From Catajapyx aquilonaris (Eukaryota), in NCBI GenBank assembly GCA_000934665.2, contig JYFJ02001975.1:45599-65598 (forward strand): a stretch of DNA of 20,000 nucleotides, in the 5' to 3' direction. Below are positions 10,862 to 20,000 of the stretch, in pieces (position 1 is the stretch's first letter; each line of letters begins with the position of its first letter). The position numbers and the translations under genes were made by a program. The notes beneath the pieces are model-generated. The model was not told the DNA's origin. It was given only the letters and a program-made list of their open reading frames with translations, and searched no databases.

Positions 10862-11240
10862 CAGGGTTGTCACGTTTAAACCAACACTTAGCAGTATGTG
10901 CCCGCTACTGTGAGTTAATGAAGTTAATTTTAAAAATAAACGAGGAAAGAAAAGATATTTACATTAATTTAAAATTGATAATTAGGACAAAATGTAGCAA
11001 TTTAAAATGCATTTAACTATTTCGCAATTTATTTTATAATTTAAAAATTTATATTACATTGTAAAAATTTATATTACGTTGTAAAAATTTATATTACATT
11101 GTAAAAATTTATATTACATAGTTAAAATTTATTTTACAACTTAAAATTTGTTTTGCAATTATTTAAATATGATAATTAGGGCAAAAATCATAAATCAAAT
11201 TAGTGACATAATATACAAATATAGGAAAATGGCAACACGG
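10862..11240. mobile_element. Possible hAT-like non-autonomous element in a tandem arrangement
   Basis: Begins CAGGGTTGTCA (10862) and ends TGGCAACACGG (11230-11240). The junction TGGCAACAC..N6-9..CAGGGTTGTCA occurs at both 10842-10872 and 11230-11257. Confidence 0.4.
11041..11140. repeat. 20-bp minisatellite (GTAAAAATTTATATTACATT) x5
   Basis: Exact 20-bp period at 11041, 11061, 11081, 11101 and 11121. Confidence 0.9.
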
Positions 11241-12862
11241 TAAGAACAGGGTTGTCATTACTGCTGAGACTATTTAAATATCAATTTCGCTTTCAAGTTT
11301 CCTGCCAAATTATCCTATGCAATATGGAAAGTACCGGCATCATAACTGGCATTCCCAACACATGAATATTTAACTCGAATACTATCGGCACCTTGTACCG
11401 TATTCCGGCTCTAATTATTAAATGAAATTAAATGCTCACGATTCCTGGATGCCACACCCTATAAATATTTGATGGGCGAGGTTAACAAAAGGCAAGGTAA
11501 TTTTTAATAGCAAACTTAATAATTTATTTAACAGGCCTAAGGGAAAACGGGTCTTTCATAAACAAGTGTTATTTTTGCATATTTTCCGCAGTATTTTTGC
11601 ACAAACAGACCGTGGGTGGGGGTTGCATAAATCATAACACATGTCCTGAATATGTTGTCAACTTGGACTAATTTTTTTTTGCGTTATTCCACGACCGTAA
11701 ACGACTCGTCAAAAAAGAAACATGAACGCAAAACCAACACTGAATATTTTTGCTTACACTACACCCAACAATCCAAAAAAAAAAAAACATTTATCCGTAG
11801 GGATTTTTCCCTTTTTGCGTTTTGAATATTTCAGGACTTGCTTCACCAGCACAGTATCTTTTTGTGCTTCGTAGTCGCTTTTGTGCGGCTCTGTAACGTT
11901 ACAACCAGGCCTAAAACCCTCTCCCGTTGGAATTTTTGCAACATCGCTATATCTCCAGAGAATTTGCCAAGTGTGTAATGATATTCAGTTGGGTTTAAAA
12001 ATTATGCGTAGCAGAGAGAATTATTATGTGGTGAAAACTTCTGGCAGAAGCTTATTTTAAAACTAGGTCTAGAACAGTGTTTTTTGAATGCAAACCTGAC
12101 AAGATAATAATGTCGTGTAAATTTGAGGTTTATTTATGGTACCTATGTAAGACCATCTTACTGCACAATGATATTAATAATCCTAATAACTAAAATCCAA
12201 CAGTTTATTTCACCAAAATAATCCTACCTTGAACCAACCCTAATCCAAATTGCCCTCGATAATTCCATACACTCTAAGCCTATGTCACTCACACGTATTA
12301 CACTACCTGGTGACCCCCAATTTTTTGTGTCCCCAGTAGGACTTCATTGCTCATTACACGCTCAACTTTGCTGATCCTAGTGCTAATCCGATGCTCAATA
12401 CAAGTCCCATAGAGCTCGCATTTGTATCAATTACAAATTCGCGCACCAATGGCCAGACTTCCCCCTTAATATTTCACTTTGATAAGCTGGACCCGGGCTG
12501 GCCTGTCAGTTGGTGAATGGACCAGAGGCCGGCCATTAATTGCAGGCGTTTGGACCTGATGTGTCATTCCCATTACTGCCAAAAGCTTACCCCCATCCAA
12601 ACCCCCTCCTTTCAGTGGGTTACACTTGGGGCTAGTCGGGCCTGACCTGGCTCCCTTTGTGTTATCCACTCTCTGGACGTAACAAATTGATTCAACTATT
12701 ACAATATACCTACCAACTATACCAATAACATAGGATCAAAATTTCACCGATTTTCTCAAAAATTCAAATCAAGGTGTGTAGTGCGGTGGGGTCAATTTGG
12801 ACCTCAGAAGTACATGCTTCCACATATAATTATGTCGGATTGGCTCAAACTATGGCTAAAAT

Positions 12863-13260
12863 CTATGTACTATTTCAGCACAATGTACTTTCTGTGTACT
12901 ATTGTATGTACTATTTCAGCTATTGTCCTGATAGAGTACATAGAAAGTACGTTATAGAGAAATAGTATATACACTAGTACATAGAGAGTACATTATATGC
13001 TAAAATATTGCATATTTTAGCCATATTTAGTACTATTTCAGCACAATGTACTCTCTATGTACTATTTCAGCGCAATGTACTCTCTATGTACTATTTCAGC
13101 GCAATGTACTCTCTACGTACTATTTCAGCACAATGTACTCTCTATGTACTATTTCAGCGCAATGTACTCTCTATGTACTATTTCAGCGCAATGTACTCTC
13201 TATGTACTATTTCAACACAATATACTATCTATGTAGACTACTACGCGTATTTCAGCACGA
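12863..13260. repeat. 29-bp minisatellite (GTACTATTTCAGCRCAATGTACTCTCTAT) in forward-inverted-forward arrangement
   Basis: Near-perfect units at 13030, 13059, 13088, 13117, 13146, 13175 and 13204; a forward block at 12863-12920; an inverted block at ~12931-13007. Confidence 0.92.
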
Positions 13261-14524
13261 TCAGACATTGAACTGTTCTTCCCGACAGTTGATACCTTAA
13301 CGCTTAACCTATCTCCCTCAGTTTCATAACAAACAACGTTTCCAGAAACATGTTTACGCAATGCTAATGAGGTTTAAACAAGCGCAATGGATAACACGAT
13401 GAGTGAGCACCAATTATGGGCAGCCGTTTAATAGTTCCCCAACCTTTCAAGAGAGGGGAAATTCACCCCCCATACAACCGCCNCCCCCCTCTGAAAATCA
13501 CACGCATAAACCTGCCACTCGCTTTGCATTTCCGCTAATTTACAGCGTGCATTGCGCAATTTGTACCCATGAATTATGAGCATTAGTTGCGTATAACGTG
13601 TAAATTAATGTTTAAATAATTCGGTTCATGACGGGCTAATCATCATAAAGGGGGTATTTTGATAATATTATTAGTTTATTACGGGCTGTTTGAAGGGATC
13701 GTGAAGCGTTGAGTGTCTTTTTGAGTATGTGTTCTGGTATGACAAACACCAAATTTATTTTTCAACAAAATTGGAGAATTTTTGAAAAAAAAAATGGGAA
13801 CGAATTTTGACATTTGATATGATTCACAAGAAGTTAATATCAGAAGAATTTAAATATCTGACATTGAAATTAATATCCTACCTTCTGTATACAGTTCACT
13901 TATGTGATTATTCTTTCTCGAAAAATAACTTCGAAAAGCAAGAGCTTCATTTTGGTTTAACACATGATAATCAACCCCTCCTCATGTTTCTCCCAGTGGG
14001 AAGATTATTCCAACTGTTATCCACTTCCAACTTGCTCAAGCCCCTCCTTTTATGGCCACTTATGCCAAGAATGCTCGAGTCTCCGTATATCTAATTCAAT
14101 TTCGTCTCAAACTTAGCTTAAAACTTTTCAAAGTTTTTGGAGAATGGAGAAAACCTATAGCGTATAGTAGTAGAAGAAGAGAAAAAAAAGTCGTCGTAAA
14201 TTTCGTTTGATTATGCTGTGACAAGTGGACCAATTGGAAGAGGAGTAGGAATCAAGTTGAGCTGAATCGGCTTATCTTGAGAAAAAGCTTTTGGAAGGTC
14301 ACTAGAAGCTTTACCATGAAGGCGGTTTGGTAAAACCGGTGTGTTAGAGAGTTATAAGTCAAGAGGAAAAACGACTAATTAATTAAGCTGGAAGATAGCC
14401 ACTCATCTATGCCTAGGATCTTCCTAGAAAATCTTTCCCGGTTATATCAAAAACCCAGCTTTGCAGGCGAGGCGAGGTTTTGGAGAAGACTGTACAATAT
14501 AATTATTATTTTTTATCTACACAC

Positions 14525-14855
14525 GTTTTGGTGAAATTATTTTTCTCAAAAATTCATATTTTGATCAATTTTCTTAAAATCAATAATTATTTTGGTCAAA
14601 TTATATTTTGTCAAATTACATTTTGGTCAAATTACATTTTGGTCAAATTTTCTTTCGGAAGATCCACATTTGGGTCAAATAATTTTTCTGAAAAGCTGTC
14701 AAATTATTTCTTGGGAAATTTTAATTTTTGTCAAATTAATTTTTTAAAAAATGGTATATTTTTGTCAAATGATTTCTTGGAAAAAAATATTAATTTTGGA
14801 ATATCTATATTTTGGTCAAATTTTCCGGAAAAATCCTCATTTTGTCCCAAATTAT
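14525..14855. repeat. Degenerate TTTTGGTCAAATT short-unit tandem repeat
   Basis: About ten TTTTG(G)TCAAAT variants; the best-conserved part has a 16-17-bp period around 14590-14650. Confidence 0.8.
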
Positions 14856-15624
14856 TGGAGCAGTTGAAGTGCAAAATGGCGTCGATCCTGTCGTATAAAG
14901 GTCAGATGTGAAAGGTCAGGCGACCAAAAATTCCTATTTTCAGAGGCTTGGAAAAGCTAGCGTCTAATCAAGCGTCCTCTCTCTGATGACGGAGCTCGCC
15001 CCGGGGCAAATAGTCTTCTTTAATTAAGTCTCCTCGGTCGGTTTCCCATATTAAAGGTTCCTCTCCCCAACCCCTCCTTCCCCCCCCCCCCACTCTTTCC
15101 CTCCCCCCATCCAAAAGCCAAAATCCTATCACTCACACCTCTTTCCTTTCGGTCTCATATCATCACGGGAGAGGGGATCACCGAAGGGATCATGTGATGG
15201 ACCAGGCCTTGGAGACCAATTTTGGCGAATAATTTGGTCGCTGGTCCGAAAAAGTGGACCTCTTTTCAGCAGGGGGTTTTCAGAGACGAGCGCAGATAAA
15301 ACTACGATTCTGTTATATTGAGCTCTTAGATCGATATGACCTGAATGCCCAACTGTAGATATGAAAAATATATTAGTCAAAAGTAGAGGTGTATCCAAGG
15401 GTGTATCGATAATTGATTTACAATATGTTATTAAAATTATCGATATATCGATGTGGACGTCGATTTGTTTTAAAATATATGCTCTTTGGTATCGACAAGG
15501 ATTAGATCTTAGGTGTAATTATTTTAACCTACATTTAGTTGTTTATTAATTTTATCAAATAATTATGTATTTTGCATGATATTTATTTTAGTACCGTATT
15601 TGAATATCGGAATTATATATCATG

Positions 15625-15770
15625 ACTCGCTACTCTCGGCCGACAGCGAACGAATGGATGGTTCGTTCTTCCACCCACCAGAGGCTCTGCATCCACCACC
15701 ATTGCGCCTGCGCAGAACGAGGGCCAATCGGAAGCGTCGCTGTAACACCATATGGCGAACCAGTCAGATG
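15625..15770. promoter_or_regulatory. CpG-rich island with NRF1-like, CCAAT and ETS-like motifs (promoter-like or repeat-derived)
   Basis: TGCGCCTGCGCA at 15703-15714, CCAAT at 15724-15728 and CGGAAG at 15729-15734, within AT-rich flanks. Confidence 0.35.
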
Positions 15771-15873
15771 CATAACTATACAACCTGAATATGATTTTAA
15801 TAATAAATAGCCTACTTTGATTTCAGATATTTTACATTATTTAATATTTACTTTCATATTTACTTAGTGGGTA

Positions 15874-16281
15874 CAGTGCTGGACATAATAGCCGTCGCTG
15901 AATGTTTTTTTTCCGTCGGCGACGGCGCTGCGTTACCTGGCAACCCTGTCCGGCGGGCCAATTCAAACATCAGCCCATGGAGAGCGCTTCCATTGTTGCC
16001 ACTGTTTACAAATCGAGTGAGTGACGAGTACGACCCAGCGACGGGTCTCTTCTGCCTGCTTACACAGTATCGGCAGGGATATGCAGGAGAAAACGGGGAA
16101 AATAATGATGTTAGAAGCAATAAGTCATTTTGGAGTCACTCACTCGATTTGTAAACAGTGACAACAATGGAAGCGCTCTCCATGGGCTGATGTTTGAATT
16201 GGCCCGCCGGACAGGGTTGCCAGGTAACGTCGCCGCCGCCGGAAAAAAAACATTCAGCGACGGCTAATATGTCCAGCACTG
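15874..16281. mobile_element. 408-bp Tc1/mariner-type foldback MITE with ~150-bp terminal inverted repeats and a TA target-site duplication
   Basis: The left arm (15874-16025) and right arm (16135-16281) are near-perfect reverse complements, differing by a few substitutions and one ~5-bp indel. Termini are CAGTG...CACTG, with TA at 15872-15873 and 16282-16283 and a 109-bp spacer. Confidence 0.93.
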
Positions 16282-17020
16282 TACATAGAAGATGAAGTTT
16301 CTGGGCCAGGTTATGCCACCACAGGTTAGCTGAATATTTGAACAGCCTAATAAGGTTGATATGAAATGAATTCTTCCAATCATCGCTTGGACACTCAGAC
16401 ATTTTTCCAGCATTCTTGAAGCTGTCATTTTATAACCTCCTGTGCGCCTGTGGGAGAAAATGTGAAGCTAACCTTTGAAGAGCAACGTGACTCATTCTAA
16501 AGTTTACAACCCCCTCCATTTTTCTGTCTTCTCCCCCCTCGCCAACAAAAGGCTTAATAAAACTTCATCCTCCAAGTCGTTACAAATTCTGACCACACTT
16601 TTCCCCCATCATGGCTTTTTGTTTCATTGGATCTTAAAAAGAGCAGGGGGAGGTATAGAAACAGCTAAGTGCAGACACGTGTCTCAATTTAGGGTAATCC
16701 TAGTCATATTTTTTCCGAGAGAAAAAAAAAATGTGGAGTTAACAGAAATTGAATTGGATACGAAATGGCTGCCATTTTTGAGCGTTAGACTGTGCTGACT
16801 GTTAGATTTTTTTTTTATATAGGACTTATCAGATGTTATGGCTAGAAATGGCTGCCACATTTTTTAGATCCAAATTAGGTTTGGTTTGGCAGGGGCTTGA
16901 ACTCGGATAGGACGGGACGTATGTTGAGTCTGGTTTTAATTGGCAGAAATTGGATTTGTTTGATGGTGAAATGCACGTTTTGGAGAGATTTGAGTGTATG
17001 ATGGGATAAACAAGTTGTGG

Positions 17021-17330
17021 GTGACGTCAGTGGCAGCCATTTTGGTTCCACAATCAAATTTTCCTATTTAACATTGATAAATCGGAATTTAATTATGAAG
17101 CCAAAATGGCCGCCACTGACGTCACAAAACTATTATTTAAACATTACGAGATTAATTAATAGTGGCAAATATGTCAAAACAAATATTTATAAACGGTAGC
17201 GGCGGCCATTTTGGCTCCATAATTAAATTTTCCGATTTAACATATGTTAAATTGGAAAATGTAATTATTACATATTTAATTATGAAATATTTCTCACTAT
17301 TATTATTAATCTCGTAATATTTAAATAATT
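17021..17330. repeat. Nested palindromic (foldback) repeat carrying CRE and YY1-like motifs
   Basis: 17021-17125 is an imperfect palindrome (GTGACGTCAGTGGCAGCCATTTTGG ... CCAAAATGGCCGCCACTGACGTCAC). A second copy at 17198-17267 is centred on CATATG. 17131-17178 is inverted relative to 17281-17329. Confidence 0.85.
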
Positions 17331-18774
17331 CATTCAGGTTGTCATTTGTATTTAGCTCCAACAATAAACCAAACCTGACATCAGCAGCAAAGTAATCTAA
17401 CGCGCCGGATATTAAATGGTGCCATCTAGCGCTCCCCCTCTGCAAACTCCCAAAACCCAGACACGGAAATGCGTTTTGGTACGTTATATACTGACTCGCG
17501 AACCTTATTATCGCCTCGAATTCTGGCAGTTAGTGTCTTAACGACACAATTTCTCGCTGACAAACGCAGCTCCAGCAATACGAATCATTTGGTACCAGCT
17601 TAAAAGAGGAAGAAAGAGAAAAAAAAACCCTTTATAGACTCTTTCAATTCGAATCTGTTATTGCCTGAAGGAAGCGATTCATATAGAGTGATTTTTCCTA
17701 CAGGCTTCTAGAAAATTTCGCGAATTTTGCTGCGATTTTTAGGCCCGAAAACGCGGGAGTCCCAATGTGGCAACACTGCATCCTTTTATTACCACAAACG
17801 TGGCAACCATGAAGTGTTAAGTAGCCGCCATTTTGTATCCAAACTTTCAAGAGAGAAATTGGGAATTCTGCTGACTCTGGGTTTGTCCGATCAATCTGTT
17901 ATTGATAGGGTGGGTTGCTAGGATCAGTGGGATTGCTTTGCCCCGTTCCAGTCTCCATTGCCTCGTTTTTTAACATAAGGAATGGTGGGGGTTGTCAGGA
18001 GAGGAAGTTGTGAGAGTGGATCGGGTGTCATTCACAACTTCAAGAATAGTTCTAGGATTTCGTGGATTCCTTTGTCTTGTATAGGTTTGAAGATCGGGTT
18101 TCAAACATCTTCACTTCAAGTGTGTGGTTAACCAGAGTAAAATGATGTCAGTATATCCGTAGGCTATACCATCATCACCATGATAATTATATTTGATAAA
18201 TAAAAATTGCAAAACAATACAGTAATTAATGCTATTAAAACACAATTATTACAAATGGATCTTGCTATTAATTAATTGCATTACTAACTCTAATTCGTCA
18301 GCATGTATTTAACAATAAGTAATTAGAGGTTTGCATAAAATGCAATATTGTGGTATAGAGAACAAAATGCTTTTTTGACTAGCTCTGTTCTACTGCTAAC
18401 ATCAAAATCTACTTTATATTAGCCTTGGGGAAAATCATCTTCAATTTCTGAGGAACATGTTTTAAATATGTAATAGAATCTAACTAGATCATGCACTGTA
18501 CAGTGTACTCACAGTGGAAGCGCAATCTCTGTGATGTGCTAGTTTTGATAGGATTAGAGATTTTCCCGCACGGAAATACTTCCCAGGCATACTGGCGAAA
18601 ACGTGCAACTTTCTGCAATCATAATTAGCCTGCGCAGTGTATTATTACGTTGATTACTCACACTTTCCACACGCCTTGCTTTGTAACACAACCGCACTGT
18701 CAGAATTACGAATAACTTGTTTCAACAATCAGTTTTGCAACATATCATCTCTTAAATTTGGCTAAAACCGGCAA

Positions 18775-19008
18775 GGCAACCGATTGCTATGATAACATAT
18801 TGGCATGGCAACCAATTGCTATGGAAACCGATTGCTATGGCAACCGATTGCTATGGCAACCGATTGCTGTGGCAACCAATTGCTGTGGCAACCAATTGCT
18901 ATGGCAACCGATTGCTATGAGAGCATATTGATATGGCAACTAATTGCTATGGCAGCGCAATCCTGTGGAAACCGATTGCTTTAATAATTGCCATGGCAAC
19001 CGATTGCT
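18775..19008. repeat. 16-bp minisatellite (CCRATTGCTATGGCAA) x~14 resembling tandem RFX X-boxes
   Basis: Clear 16-bp period over 18805-18920, with degenerate units on either side. Confidence 0.92.
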
Positions 19009-19583
19009 AATAATCTGAAACAGAAAGAGATTGCCATAACAACCAAACCTGTATAAGTAAACATACAAAACAAACTTTGTCTCTTTGATGACATTTAGTG
19101 CAAGTCCAGGTCCTCAACACTGAGAACCCTCTTCCTAGGGGATGTACAGGGTGTGCTTCACAGTAGACTTGACACGGAAACGCAGCAGAAAGGTAATCCC
19201 ATTTACATAGAGTGGTCCTTGGCAAAGGCATCCTGCTCTTTGAAGCCATAGAGCCCTTCTGAAGTGGGCCTATTCAATAAATGGAGTGGCGTCGGCGCAC
19301 AAATTGGCACAAAAATTGTGCCAATTTCAACCCCCAAATTTGTGTGGGGTTAGTTGAGACACACGTAGGAGGGTACTCTCCAACTCTCCAAAATCAAATA
19401 GTTTAGAGTTAAGGAGCATTTGGAGTAGTCTTGTCCCTTTCCCTTTGGATGGGACTATAAAGAGGGGAGTTTACGATGAATAAAATTTCACTTGAAATCA
19501 TGCTTTATGATGCGGGGGATGCGACCCATTGTCCTTGGCACCGATAGGAGGAGGATAGGAGTTGATGTGAGGGGTCAGGACGA

Positions 19584-20000
19584 GAGTAGCCCTGGGCAGG
19601 TCGAGGTTATGTGGAGGTTATGTGGAGGGTTTGTCACCAAATATGCTGTCTCCACGTAGGTTTTTTGATGGATTTATGTTTTTTACGATACTGATTATCA
19701 GCCGCTTTAAAAGAAATAGACAAAACTAAATTTTACGATACATAAACCCTGTAGAGTCACCCTGGGCAGGGCCGTTACGTCAAGGTTATGTGTAGGGTTT
19801 GTCACCTAATATGGTCCGCGAAGGTTTTTTGACTTCTTCATATATTATGCAATACTGGTTATAACATGCCCAAAAAGAAATTTTGAAAATGAATGTTTGA
19901 CACACAAAAACCCTCATGATGCCAATAGTTGCCGCAAAACATGCACATAACGCGACTTGTGGAGGGTTTGCCACCATTCTGTGTTGTCCCCACGGACGTT
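19584..20000. repeat. Diverged ~168-bp-period repeat, probably continuing past the window end
   Basis: TGTGKAGGGTTTGYCACC at 19621, 19789 and 19958; GAGT..CCCTGGGCAGG precedes the first two copies. Confidence 0.7.

Noticed and set aside
13008..13300. Two overlapping ORFs with repeated peptides (TISAQCTLYVLFQRNVLSMYYF)
   Set aside because: Artefact of a stop-free 29-bp tandem repeat read in rotating frames.
14480..14911. Longest ORF (143 aa, F/N/K/I-rich)
   Set aside because: Translation of the TTTTGGTCAAATT degenerate repeat, with a non-ATG start and low complexity.
15860..16402. Similar ORFs on opposite strands (TVLDI.AVAECFFS)
   Set aside because: They are mirror translations of the MITE inverted arms and show no transposase motifs.

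Overview
The window looks like non-coding, AT-rich animal genomic DNA, probably intergenic or intronic. A marine invertebrate, possibly an echinoderm, is an inference from poly-G/C tracts and TAGGC(C)TA and TACWGTA words. I cannot support any protein-coding gene, RNA gene or CRISPR array, and the supplied ORFs look like chance or repeat-derived frames. The window is a mosaic of non-autonomous DNA-transposon relics and minisatellites, with GC-richer islands that may be cis-regulatory. The relics include a young 408-bp Tc1/mariner-type foldback MITE, a 199-bp Tc1/mariner-type MITE, a hAT-like MITE inserted in another repeat, and a CCC-terminated foldback element. Three signals are most notable: (i) four TA-duplicating 5-6 bp insertions, detected by comparison with sister repeat copies, that look like transposon excision footprints; (ii) repeats built from transcription-factor-like motifs (RFX X-box array, CRE+YY1 palindrome, DRE-like array); (iii) an apparent excess of TGACAG (TALE/Meis-type) sites in the first 9 kb. 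I did not find a new multi-gene system.
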